From: Craspedostauros australis
Lineage: Eukaryota
Direction of reading: 5' to 3'
Length of the DNA: 64,000 nucleotides
Assembly (NCBI GenBank): GCA_030167865.1
Contig: JALAGF010004837.1
Coordinates: forward strand, 186,001 to 250,000
Shown here: positions 1-12,153 of the stretch, one piece after another
How positions within the stretch are numbered: the stretch's first letter is position 1
How the letters are laid out: every line of letters starts with the position of its first letter
Position numbers and translations under genes: made by a program
Notes under the pieces: model-generated
The model's database searches: none
What the model was told of the DNA's origin: nothing
The model's input: only the letters and a program-made list of their open reading frames with translations

Positions 1-1414
1 CCGACCCGAACAAGGTCAAGACCGAGCTCACCCAGTACGACATCCTCACCGAAGACTTCGGTGGAGACGTCCTCTGCTCCGAGATCAGTGCCAAGGAGGG
101 CACCAACCTCGATGAACTGCTAGATAAGATCATGCTCCAGGCCGAGATCCAAGACCTCAAGGCCAATCCAAACCGCGATGCCGAGACCATCGTCGTGGAG
201 GCAAAGGTCGAGCGTGGGCTCGGTACCGTCGCAACCTGCCTCGTGAAGAAGGGAACCCTGCGTGTCGGCGACAACTTCGTCGCTGGTGAGGCCCACGGAA
301 AGGTCCGTGCCTTGATCTCCACCAACGACGGCAAGACCCGTTACGATGAGGTCGGCCCAAGCGTCCCAGTTCGCGTTGTGGGATTCAACGAAATCCCATC
401 CGCAGGAGATGTGCTGATTTCCGTCGATGATGAACAAACCGCCAGAGGTCTTGCCGAGAACCGACAGAGGTACGTTGCAACATGAGTGATGTGGGAACAA
501 CGATCGACGCGGCACATGCACCATACTTTCTGTTTCCTATCTGTGATGTTTGGAGATTGCTTTTGATTCGGAATCTGCCAACCGTGTGGTGTGCTTTGTT
601 CTCGTCTCACCCTTCGATTGTTGATTCAACTCAACATTGTCCGTCTGCATTGATGCATGTCTCCATCCCCCTTTACAACTTGCTGGCCGCCATCAATTTT
701 CAACTTGATTCCGTCGTGGACAGACTTGCCCGTGAGCGATCCTCGTCATCGTACCAGACCAACCTGATGTCGTCCATCAACAGCGCATTCACCATGACCA
801 AGGATCACCGCGAGATGTGCGTGGTCGTGAAGGCCGACGTGCAGGGTACCGCGGAGGCGCTGACCCGTGCCTTGCGCGACCTGAAGCGCGAAGACGAGGA
901 GGCCATCGTGACAGTGAAGGTCCTCACCAGCGAGGCCGGAGAGGTGAACAAGGGTGATATCGCCATCGCTGACGTGACGAAAGACACCACCATCATCGCC
1001 TTCAACGTCGCTGCATCCTACGAAGCGTCCGAGGAGGCACGCATGCTCGGCATCCCTATCGAGTACTACAGCGTCGTGTACGATGCCATCGAGTCCGTGG
1101 AGTCCCGAATGCAGGAGGTGCTCTCCCCAACCCCAGACGGTGAGTTCACAGGAGCAGCCGTCGTCCAGGAGGTGTTCAACATCGGGGGAACCGGTAACAT
1201 CGCCGGTAGCAAGTGTACCGAGGGCATCCTCCGCAAGGGTGGTAACGTCCGTGTGCTGAGAGGAGACAAGATCCTGATCGAGACGACAATAAAGACACTC
1301 CGCAACTTCAAGGCGGATGCCGATTCCATCGAGGCCGGAAACGACTGCGGTATCGGCTTGAGGGACTTCGAAGAATTCGAGGCTGGCGATGTCATCGAAT
1401 GCTTCGTCGAGTAA
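1..1414 (+). CDS. infB: Translation initiation factor IF-2, bacterial/organellar type, 5'-truncated by the window. Exons <1..469 and 724..1414.
   Basis: Frame from nt 3 reads DPNKVKTELTQYDILTEDFGGDVLCSEISAKEGTNLDELL (end of G domain), then GLGTVATCLVKKGTLRVGD, VVKADVQGTAEAL, IIAFNV and GNDCGIGLRDFEEFEAGDVIECF. Intron 470..723 (GTACGT...CAG) joins AG|A = Arg in frame. Plastid versus mitochondrial targeting is not visible. Confidence 0.95.
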
Positions 1415-2210
1415 ATCATATCTTATCTCATGCGAGGAAGATAGCAAGAAAGGAAGGACACATTATCCAAGCACACGGATGCGGTGAGCAGGTCCATTCC
1501 AACGGATACTCCACTCCAATCAAATAAACCAATACTAAAAACCAGAAAACTACATCCAGTGCTGGACAATACTGCTGCGGAGCATGATTAAAGCGCCACG
1601 CACGGCGACTGCGAGTACCCGTCCTCGTATTGGTATAATGTGTCATTTTGATGAAGAGTCATTTTCTACACCCACTGTTACAGGCTATTCGTCTCCAACA
1701 TGATTGGACGCAATGCACGATTCGACCGATATCGCGGAATGAAACAATGCACCTATTGACTCATGCGACCACTTCTGCTTTCGAGACGACTCGAACGACT
1801 GCACGCGTCCGTTTCGAGAAGAGTGGCGGTATCGTGCACACAAGAGAGAAGCGTGGAAGACAAGGTGTCTTTCTCGGATGACTGCTTTTGGCGTTGAGAG
1901 AGGAAGGAATGCAACGGAAAGCAATGCGTGAACAACTCCTTCCGACAACAAACGATTCGCGATCCGCCACAAGCAACGCGACACGGGAAACTGCACAAGG
2001 CAACGGATCGATCTCAGCATCAACAGCATCATCATTCCCGTTGTCGCTGTCGCTGCCGTTGGCATTATTGCGATCGCATGAGAAATTGCAGAGGGAAGTA
2101 TTCTATTATACTCAAGAGCACTCTGAGGAATCCATCACACTGCGAGCGCAGACTGGAGTATCCACAATTTGCCACACTATCGCCACAACACCCGCAGGAT
2201 CCAACTCGCG

Positions 2211-5200
2211 ATGAAGTTCCCGGCTGTCTGCTCGGCACTGCTGGTGCTGCTCAGCAGCAAAGCAGTATCTGGCGTGATTCTCAAGGCCACGATCAACCTG
2301 GAGCCACTGCCATCCAAGATCCACTATGTCAAAGGTACGTACGTATCGGCACTTTGATGCTTCTCCTCATCGCATGCTCCAGCACAATGCTGTGCTCTGT
2401 TTGCGGACTCTGCTCTGCTCCACTCTAGTCTACTCTAGTCTCCAGAAGTACCCGTTCCACTCGTGGTGCATGACCATCCAACTGCCAGCGACGAAAGCCT
2501 GCGTGCTGCATGCCAGCCAACCTGTGACGCAGCCGATCTCGAATGCACGATTGATCTTGCATTTGTGATGCAATTGCAGGCACAGTGAAGGGGTGCTCGA
2601 TCGCTACCCTACCCCGCACGACCACGATCACGACTTCTGCATGTCCTCGCACCATGGGAATGTTGGCGGATGGCGCGAAACAACAACTCCGATGCCCTTG
2701 GTGGAGACTGGAAATGCTGGATCGGCAATGGTATCTTCATGGTCGCACGGTCAAGCAACACTACTCCATGCACAGAACACACAGGCGATGCTCCACTCTA
2801 CTCCACTTCCATACGGCTTTCAAGATCATCCTCTCATGCCCTCTTCCCTTGCTTCCTTGCCTCATGCGTTGGCCGGTGCGGCCGCTGCTACACGCTCCAC
2901 TCCACTCTCCTCTTGCATATTTTCACATGCACCACAACTTGAATCTTCCTTGCTCTCCGCCACAAAGGCCTCTTGTATGCGCCAGCAGAAATCAATCTGA
3001 GTGGCATGGATTTCATCACCAACGACGATGCAGGCCTGCCTGGAGACGACGATGACGGTGACGGCGACGATGAACCAGAAGGTGACGAAGACGGGGACTC
3101 CACGGAGCCGCCCACACCTGCCACGACTGCATCGCCAACTTCGAAGCCACACAAAACGCACGTTCCAACCCGTGCCCCGACTCCGGCGCCGTCATCTTCT
3201 TCCATTTCCGCATCCACAGAGTCACCAACATCCGCTCCCACAGGTTCACCGACGGCTGCTGACGGATCTGATGACACAGAGGAACCAACTGCTGAACCAA
3301 CGGATTCTACAGCAGGGCCGACACCTGATACCGCAGACTCGACGGAGGCGCCAACACCCCTTCCAACCGCACAGCCCACCGTCGCACAAGACCAGGGTGG
3401 CGAGCCAACTCCCGATACTGCGAATACCGAAGCGCCAACTGCCGAGGACACGGATGGTGACAGGCTTCGAGTTCTTTCCATTTCAGCCGACGCAGCCGAA
3501 GGAGACGCCAGGAGTCTGAAAATCAGATCAGATGACAGGGAGGATTCCACCTTGGATATTGTCTTGTTTCGCCTGCCAGATTCGTGTGCATCCTCGCGCA
3601 CCGGCTGCAATTGGGTTCCACTGGGCATTGGCGTCAACGACGACTCTGAGAAGGGAGGCGTCAGCTACTGCTGCACTCAAGCTACCATCGATCGCGGGCT
3701 CTGTCAACGCTCGCAGAAGAATCGCCTCCTCATCGACCGGGCCAACTTCAAGGGCCAAAAAAGGGAGATGGGGTTTGCCGCCACTGGCGAGATTGTCAAC
3801 AGGCTTGATGATCAGGACGCCATCTTCAAGCTAAAGCATGACGGAACGTACGCTCTTGTCCTGGCCAACTGCAATCCGTTGGGACGAGATGTCTTGGCAA
3901 TCGGAAAGATGGAATGGAAGAACGAGCGAGGTTTCTTGCCAGGTAAGCACGATCGTTGCGTCGCGTTACGCTGCGTTCACTCGCATTCTCCATCACCGCC
4001 AACCTTGGTGTACTGATAAATTGATTGATTGATTGATTGATTGCTCCACATGTCGTGAGTCGTATGCTACTTCTCTGTGTTTCTCTTACGAATTTCCCCT
4101 TCATTCTTTTCAACCATGTTTCTACGCTCTTCCGTCAACACATCGACCCTCCGTACGACGATTGCTTCTCTCTCACCTGTCACAAATCCCATTCTTTCAT
4201 TTGCGTTCTGTGCATGGCACCAACAACAGGCGAATTGTACAGCCTCATGCAGTTCTACATCATCCTTGCATTGGTGTACCTGGTCACCTTCGTGATTTAC
4301 AGCATTCTGATGAGGGTGTACAAGGACTCCATGATTCCCATCCAGAAGTACATCATTGCCACCATCGGTCTTGGACTTCTGGAACTGTCGTTCCGAGCCT
4401 TGGACTTGCATGTATGGGATAGCAATGGCATCAGGTCTGAATTCTTGATGTACCCCGGTGAGTGATTCTTCAGCGTATGGTACCGTGCGAGGACACGCGC
4501 TGTTCTGAGTACATCTTCTACGATGGAATTGATGGAATCAACAACAGCCAACGGTTTCGGACGTGGTGATCACTATCTCTCGGCTGTGGCCCATTCGAAT
4601 GATTAGCTGCTTGCTGCTGGATGTCATGAAATTTCGATCTTCGTCTCACATTTCAAATCCTGTGCAAATCCCAAACCTACAACTCCATCATACTCGATGC
4701 ATCCTCAACTCTTCATGTCTCAGCAATCGTGTTTGGCGTGCTAAAGCGAGGTATTTCTCGTTGCCTCCTGGTGATGGTGGCAATGGGATGGGGTATCGTC
4801 CGCGATTCGCTCGGAGCAGCACTGTACCAAATCATCCTGCTTGGTCTGATCTACACAGGATTGAGCGGATTCCGCGACATCTTTGAGGTCGTCGCTGTGG
4901 AGGAAGTCCAGTCGATTTCGACGACGGGAGAGAAGGAGCTGGTGGGTCTGGTTGTCATCCTCACCACCGTCATTATCGTCATCAACATCACATTCTACTT
5001 CTGGATCGTCAACAACCTCAAGGCGACATCGGTGTACCTTGAGAACATGAACCAGTCGTCGAAGCTGAAGAAGCACAACCAGTTGGGCATCGTCATCATG
5101 CTCTCGATGGTGTTCGCTGGGGTATGGCTGGCATTGCAGGCCATCGAGGTCTTGTTCGATGTCCTGACAGCCGATCAGGAATGGTACGTTCATGTCCCGT

Positions 5201-5685
5201 TGGCTATACCATTGTGCTGCACCTACTATTTGACGACATGCTCTGCACAAAACGTTTGGTCGCTCTTGTCCACGTACGACACTGCAGTGAAAGCATCCCG
5301 ACAACAACCTCCAAACAAAGAGAATTTCATCTGCGCTTCTGCATCCGTACTGACCATCTGTATTCGTTACCTTCGATCCTTGTTTTGCTGGTACTGCTAC
5401 TGCTTTTTCTTCTTCACCTACTTATCATACTGCAACTTCTTCAGGGTGTTGGATGCATCCGTGCACGTGAACTACGTGTTCGTGCTGACATCCGTCGCCA
5501 TCCTGTGGATGCCCAACACCAACGCAAAGGAGTACGCATACATCATGGAACTGAACACCGAGGACATGGACGGCGACAACGATTTGGAATTGTCCACGAT
5601 AGGAACCGGACTGGATGACAGCGCCGATGGAAACGATCCCGACCATCCAGACGGCCTCGCAGTTGACGATGGCAGGTTGACATGA
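2211..5685 (+). CDS. TMEM87/GPR107-like GOST (lung seven-transmembrane receptor family) protein, about 675 aa. Exons 2211..2334, 2968..3942, 4230..4457, 4724..5183, 5445..5685.
   Basis: Signal peptide MKFPAVCSALLVLLSSKAVSG; lumenal domain with YCCT...GLC, GTYALVLANC and GFLPG|ELY; TM region with IPIQKYI, LKRGISRCLLVMVAMGWGIVRDSLG and ILWMPNTNAKEYAY. All four joins keep frame (2028 nt total). The first acceptor is AAG and is less certain than the others. Confidence 0.85.
4021..4043. repeat. (TTGA)n microsatellite in intron 2 of the GOST gene
   Basis: ttgattgattgattgattgattg. Confidence 0.9.
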
Positions 5686-6399
5686 TGCGGGCAACACGCC
5701 ACCAAGCAAAACTGTCCGCGTATGGTATGATGAAAGTCTGGCCAGCCTCTTGGGAAGAGGTCGCAACATCGCATTGCTCCAGAACGCGCATAAAGCGCAG
5801 TGCAATGCACTCTATAACTCTCGAACGAACGAAGAAACAGTCACTATCATAATCAACCTGTGCGCTTGTACTAAACACGACTTTGTGTGCTGGCAACATG
5901 CAATAGTGTTGCGCATGGCATGCGCATAATCACCGCACCATGGACACTGCATGATTGTCAGCTGTACCGAAGGATCCGTCTCAATGCGTACATGTGCTTG
6001 CGGGCGCAGCCTTCGTGTGCCAAGAGTCCGCACGAAGATCGGAAAGGATCTTCTTTCTGCTTCGCCTTCGCTTTCGCTTTTGGGTCTGTGCAGGTCGTAT
6101 GGTCTGCCTTCAACACGCATAATCTATCAGCTTCAGCAACAGGCCAAAGGCGAACACAACAACACACAAAAGAGACAAGGACGAGAGGATACGGCACAAC
6201 ACTGCTTCGTCGCGCTTGTCGATCTGCTGCATCCCAGTCTTCAAACACAAAGCACTCTACGACAGGGCCCGAGAACAGCATAGCAGCACAAATCTAGTCT
6301 GCTCTTTCTCTCTTCTATTTCACACGTCATACGACTATAATACGTACATGCACGGAGAAATCGACATTTCTCACTGGTACGCACTGTACGAATACAAAG

Positions 6400-8481
6400 A
6401 TGGACATCAAACAACACCCGATGGTGGCAGTTCCGGATGCCATCCGCACTGTCCTTCGCGAGACTGTGCGATGTGCACTGTCGCGATCACCTGCACCATC
6501 AGGATCCCCTGCGGCCACACACGGCATGCCCAACAGCGAGGCAAAGTCGCCCGATGATCCGTGGGAAGAGCTCGTTGGTCGTGTTTTGGCCGAGGATGTT
6601 GTCATGGCGGAGCCTGGCTATCCGCCGTACAACGCGAGCATCATGGATGGATACGCCGTCCGCTCGATCGATGGCTTGCAAACCACTCAGCAGGGCTGGA
6701 CTCACAGGGTCGCGGAGAGAGTTTACGCAGGCTCGGAGCAACCACCAGCGATCGATCATGATTCGGCCACAGGAGCATCCAGCACCGGACAGCCTGCATT
6801 GGCATTTGCATGCTACATCACAACGGGGGCCCTGGTACCTGATTCCTGCGACTGCATTGTGCCTATCGAGGAATGCAAAGTGTCTGCCGACAAGTCTTTG
6901 ATCCAAGTCCAGCCATCAGCCACCATTCAGCCGGGAAAGTTCGTTCGCTCCGTTGGTTGCGATATTCCGGCAGGTTCGGTCCTGCTTCACAAGGGCATCG
7001 CGCTTGACCCCATCTCGCTTGGTCTGCTCAAGCAATCTGGAGTCGATTCCTTTCGCGTTCAGTCACGGATAAAGGTCGGCGTCCTATCCACGGGAAATGA
7101 GCTCGTCCGCAGCCGCAAGGACATTACGCGCCCCGGTCAGATACCGGATGTCAATCGCCCGATCCTCCTCTCCTTGCTCTCCACGTTTGAGAATTGTGAC
7201 TCGGTGGACCTTGGTATCCAACGCGATGATGATATCGATGCGATGGCGGACTGCGTGCGCAAGGCGTTGGCGGTTTGCGATGTCATCATCACCACCGGCG
7301 GCATCTCCGTGGGCGAGTCTGATATCGTCGAGGACGTCCTGGTGAGCAAGTGCGGCGGAACGCTGCATTTTGGAAGGATGCACATGAAGCCGGGCAAACC
7401 AACAACGTTCGTCACCATTCCGCATGATGGATTAACGAGGTTGGCATTCGCCATGCCGGGTAATCCTGTCTCCTGCACCGTCTGCACGCACCTGCTCGTC
7501 AAGCCGTGCCTCGCTGCGCTATGTCAAATGAACCACCCGCGGCAATCCGATCAGACAATTAGCAACAGCGACAGCAGCAGCAGCAACGACAAACTCATGC
7601 AACTCTGTGTTGATGATTGCAACACTCATCCCGAGGCCAGAGGCGTTCTCACGCACGATATCGCACTGGATGCAGAACGGCCCGAGTATCGTCGAGTCAC
7701 GGTCGACCGCTTCGAAGATGGGAAGATTTACGTCTCCTCCACTGGCGTGCAGCGTTCGTCACGTCTCATGAGTCTGCACCGGGCTGACGGTCTCTTGGTG
7801 CTTCCGCAGGCAACGCCCAGCAAACAAAAGGCTCTTGCTGGAGAATCGTACACTCTGCTATTGACATTCGAAACCCATGTGAGAGGTGCCATCAAGGCTG
7901 TGAAGGTGAAGGAATCGAAGCATCTTGGTACAAAACCAAAGACGGGAAGCCGTATCCGGGTTATTCACCTTGCAGCTTCCACCAAATCGTCCCAAAGTCC
8001 ACCATCCCTCCGCGCCTTGGACGCCGAGATTGAGAAGTCGCTCTCAGGGAGCAAGAGCGGTTCCGCGCAGATCGTGGCAACTCAATTATTCGCTAGAGAC
8101 GCTACGTCGGTGGACGAGATGTATCAATCGATCGTGGATCCAGGAATTCCGTCCGAATTTGTCATCGTGGTGTGCTCCACGACGCCAGGGTCGCTGCCAA
8201 TCCAGCTGGATACATGCTCGCATCTGCGAATCAAGCTCACGAAGATTTCGGACGCGATCGCTCAGAAAATTCGCCAAGGTGCCGCTGCAGCGGAGCCGAC
8301 TGCTGCTTTGTACGAAGTGGTCGTTGGCTTTGCTGCTGCATCTGACGAGTCCACGCTGAACGGATCAATGGTCATTTGTTTGTCCGACCGAGGCACGGGC
8401 GGCGGCCTTGGCAACGTCCGCGGCCTGCTCAAGCATTCACTCAACGTGGCGAGAGGCAAGGCACATAATGCGCACCATTGA
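6400..8481 (+). CDS. CNX1: Molybdopterin molybdenumtransferase, Cnx1/gephyrin-like: MoeA E domain plus degenerate C-terminal G-like domain
   Basis: MoeA motifs GRVLAEDV, PPYNASIMDGYAV, YITTGALVP, STGNEL, IITTGGISVGESD, MKPGKPTTF, PGNPVS, ERPEYRR and STGVQRSSRLMSL. Single exon; the start could be 6421. Confidence 0.93.
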   Translation: MDIKQHPMVAVPDAIRTVLRETVRCALSRSPAPSGSPAATHGMPNSEAKSPDDPWEELVGRVLAEDVVMAEPGYPPYNASIMDGYAVRSIDGLQTTQQGWTHRVAERVYAGSEQPPAIDHDSATGASSTGQPALAFACYITTGALVPDSCDCIVPIEECKVSADKSLIQVQPSATIQPGKFVRSVGCDIPAGSVLLHKGIALDPISLGLLKQSGVDSFRVQSRIKVGVLSTGNELVRSRKDITRPGQIPDVNRPILLSLLSTFENCDSVDLGIQRDDDIDAMADCVRKALAVCDVIITTGGISVGESDIVEDVLVSKCGGTLHFGRMHMKPGKPTTFVTIPHDGLTRLAFAMPGNPVSCTVCTHLLVKPCLAALCQMNHPRQSDQTISNSDSSSSNDKLMQLCVDDCNTHPEARGVLTHDIALDAERPEYRRVTVDRFEDGKIYVSSTGVQRSSRLMSLHRADGLLVLPQATPSKQKALAGESYTLLLTFETHVRGAIKAVKVKESKHLGTKPKTGSRIRVIHLAASTKSSQSPPSLRALDAEIEKSLSGSKSGSAQIVATQLFARDATSVDEMYQSIVDPGIPSEFVIVVCSTTPGSLPIQLDTCSHLRIKLTKISDAIAQKIRQGAAAAEPTAALYEVVVGFAAASDESTLNGSMVICLSDRGTGGGLGNVRGLLKHSLNVARGKAHNAHH

Positions 8482-9419
8482 TTGTGAAAGATGCGAATGG
8501 CACACTTATTAGAGTACTCGTATGGTAGTACAGTGCATTATATTCTTTTCTGGGATTTTCATTGTTCTACAGCGCGAGTAGCTTGTATAATATAATATGT
8601 AAGCAAGATTCGTTGTTGGCGTCATCTTTCATGCTTTGTGCTGACACACGAGTTGTTCGTTTGTTGGCTGGCTGGCTGGTCGGTTGCTGGTTGAAATCGC
8701 GCCATCGTCGGTGGGCATGGGAATCGTCACGTCGTGGTTGGTCGCTGGTTCTTCAGTGGCACGTCATACCTCGCAGAAGACAGTTCTTCCACGTTGTACT
8801 GGAGTGTGTGCCCTATCTTCTCGTGATGATGCGATTGTTCATTCGGATCGTCCCCGTACTTGTGGGAGCTTTTGATGGTTGGTATGGCATGGCGCGGCAC
8901 GACAAGGGGTATCTATCGTCATTGTGCAGTCTTGTTTCATCACAGGCGTGGAACCATTTCCGAATTGTACCGTGGGATCGCCCTTCGTCCTGTTTGATCC
9001 GAACTGCGAGTGCGTGTGCAAAACAGAGAGAAAGGGGCAGAATGCATCCAAGCTGCGATCCCGTCATTGGCCAATGGGACGATGAGGTCGATAGTGGGGT
9101 GGCAAAGGTGGAGGCTGACCTTTTGTGGCGTTTTCGCACGACATCCCAGTCTGTTTTGAGACAGCTGTTGAAATGATGGACACGCACAAGCATGGCGTAG
9201 TCGTCTTGACCGCACCTCAGTGGAACTGAATGATGAGCTGCGGCGTCGCGGATGGGGTTTGCAATTGTCTCCTGTGATCAATGCCGGGTCAATCGTCTCG
9301 TATCGTGGAATCCCCGTTCTCTACACCTGTCACGTGATATGATACGATCCGATGCTATCGAACAGTTTGAGGAGAATGGCATGCGTCGCCCAGGTTTCAA
9401 TCAGGTCCTGCCAACCTCT

Positions 9420-10915
9420 CTAATACTTGCCAGTCTTGCCCACCTCCTGCTTCTGGTTCTGTCCGTCCTTGCTTGCCTTGCTGCTTCCGTCCAAGGTTTC
9501 GCTCTTCAAGAGCTCTTCCACACGCTTGAACACTTCCGTGATGACCAAGGGTGCCCGGATGATGCCGACCGTGATGGCCTCGACGATGCCGAGGACGGAA
9601 AGGCGGTTGGTCTCCATTGGGCGGTTCTCATCAAGCACACGTTGGATGTTGCGCAACCGCTCCTTCTCTTCCTCCGTGAGGCTCTTGACGGCATCCACGG
9701 CGGACTGCTCTAGCTCGCCAAGGATTCCCTTTGCGGCCGAGTCCTTTGGTCGAAGGAACTTGGTGTCCTTGCTCTCGCCCTCCAGCTTTCGCTGCTGCTC
9801 CGTTCGGATGACGTCGATGACCGCCATCTCGAAATCTCCCAGCGGGCCGGGCACATCAATCGGACGCACGACATCCCAGCCGCGCTTCCTTGATTGGTCC
9901 ATGCGCATCTTCTCCGACTTGAGAACCTGCCGAATGGCCGTGACGGCCTTGAGCTCGGCCTCTCCCAAGGGACCTCGTTTGGTCTCGTCCAGATCCATTG
10001 GCCGCAGAGTCTTCGTGGAGACGCGCTCAGTTTCGGCCAGTCGGATGGTGGCGATGAAGTCCACGAAGGCTTTCTCTATTGCCCCCAGCGGACCAAGTTC
10101 CCCGCTGTTGGACACGGAGTCCTTTGGTCGGACCAGCGTCCCCTCCGACTTGACGATCTCTTTGGCGCGCCTCGCTTCTTCGTCGAAGACCGTCTCCAGC
10201 CATTCCACCCACGCCTTCTCCATTCGTCCCTGTGCAGAGCGGCCGACGAAGGGGAGATGGAATCGAATCAAAGCAACAGGGGGGATTGCAAATTGAAAGG
10301 CATGAAGCAGGCGTGAGCATGGCACCCTCATATACATCATTACTCAGACACACGGTACTGTTTGATGGCATTGGCGACGCAGGAACAGGCGCATGCACGG
10401 TAAGAGACTCAGAGAGGGAGATGGGAATCAAGTGCTCTACGACGTACCAACGGTCCTCGCTTGGCCTCCTGAGCATCCATCGGTCGGACGTAGGTGGCCT
10501 CGTCGCCCATCATCCGGGCCAGACTCTCCTCGACCTTCCGATCGGCCTCCTGCGTCTTGAAGAGCGACGATCTCCACTTGTAGTCCTCGAGGCTGAGCTG
10601 CGCCAACCGCCGCAGCCCCTTGCTCTTCTTGGTGTCTTCATCCGCCGCACCGTCTCCTTTGGTGTCGCTGTCCGTGTTGGAAAGCGAGAGGCGCGTGATG
10701 ATTCCCGATTGATGAGAGGGTTGAAGGGGAGGGCACGCGCTGCTTCGATAACGACGGCCGTCCCGGGCTTGGAAGGCCTGCGGCGCGAAGGCGGAAACGA
10801 CGCTGTTGTGGCCACTCTTGCTCAAGCGAGTGATGTCGCACAAGAAGCACATCATCAGGACAAGAGCGATCGCGCAAGGCTGTTGCTTCTGCCGCAACCT
10901 TCGTGCTGGCATCAT
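9420..10915 (-). CDS. Uncharacterised, probably plastid-targeted protein with six RPxD-GPLG repeats, about 425 aa. Exons 10915..10448 and 10229..9420.
   Basis: Hydrophobic N-terminus followed by VSAFAP and an S/R-rich transit-like stretch. Intron 10447..10230 (GTACGT...CAG) joins GPL|GRME and completes the first repeat, which supports the splice. Confidence 0.85.
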
Positions 10916-12153
10916 TGTGGCGTTTGGATTCCTTTGATCTTTCAGTGCTGTAGTTGCGATCGGAGCGGTTGCCGTAGTTGTGGATTCGTCACCACCGCAC
11001 TTGTACGAGTATGAGGAGTGACGTAGCCGCGTAGATCTCCGTCTTTCCTGGCTTCACGTGGTCGTGGTCGTGGTCGTAGATATAGATAGTGGATCCAGTG
11101 GGTGCAACAACAAATACGGTGAATGCAGTGAATGCAGTCAACGCAGTCAACGCTGCGAAGGTGGTGGCAACGGAAGCAACCGGATGGATGGGTTCCGTTG
11201 TTGTTGCTCAGATGGGGGGCGCTGGGATCGTTGCTGGAGAGGAGAAGTTCCAATGAGTGAGCGAAGAGCTGAGTGGAGCAGGGTATTCACGGAGCGGAGC
11301 AAGGTGCTCTGCTCAAGGGCAGTCTTGTTGCTTGTGGTTGTTTGCTCTTATCTATTTGGTGGGAGGGAGGTCCTGTTTTGGAAGTTTCTCCCCCAAAGCC
11401 TTCACGCACTGTGGTAATACGTGCGAGCCCATGTTGAATTTGGTCCTTGGCATGTTGTCTTTTCGCTCTTGCGCCACGCACGAGGCAGTATCTCGGATCC
11501 GTGAATGAGGAACAATACTTTACGGGACTGCCGGGTTACCCCTCCCCTAATCTCCAACTCCAACTGCGTGGTGTTCGTCACACACCGGGACGGCGGCAAC
11601 ATGACGCCAAGTACCATCGCGGCGCAATCTGCCGACCATGCATCCTCAACCTCGAAGACGATGGCAAAGGATGCACATATGTCGAGTACCAGTACTATAC
11701 ATTGTGGCAGGAATGACGAAACAAACAAGCTGTTGATGTGCATAACTAGTCTATTGATATTGGCGCCGAAAAATTGAGACGGGCCTGTGGCGCGTGCGCC
11801 GATGATAGGAGTACTCTATGGTGCTTCCTTTGCGGTGAACTATCAATGGTACCTGCTCGTGGAGAGGTCCAAGGAACGCTGGTGTCACCGTGGCGTCAAT
11901 CTCGAGCGTATTTTCTCCGCATGAGCATGTAGTTGAATGTTGCGCATCATAACTCGAGAAGACAACCTGTTTTTTCTGGTCTTGCCGCGTAGTTTGGGGG
12001 TGATTCTGTATGCGTGCTGTGCTGTCCTGTGCTGTGAAGATGCGTCGATCGTCACATGTGACATAACGTGATGCGGTAGAATGCAATGGGATGGCATGTA
12101 CTGGAAGTCCTTGAGAATGACTTGTAGAATATGCAGAAGACCGGGGTAGTGCT

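Noticed and set aside
2580-2730. Possible cassette exon in the 633-nt GOST intron 1 (TGCAG acceptor at 2577..2579)
   Set aside because: The translation does not look protein-like and there is no strong phase-compatible donor; the direct 2334-2968 join gives a coherent HYVKGLLYAP.
8562-9281. Overlapping ORFs between CNX1 and the repeat gene
   Set aside because: No motif or codon bias; this is a convergent 3' region.
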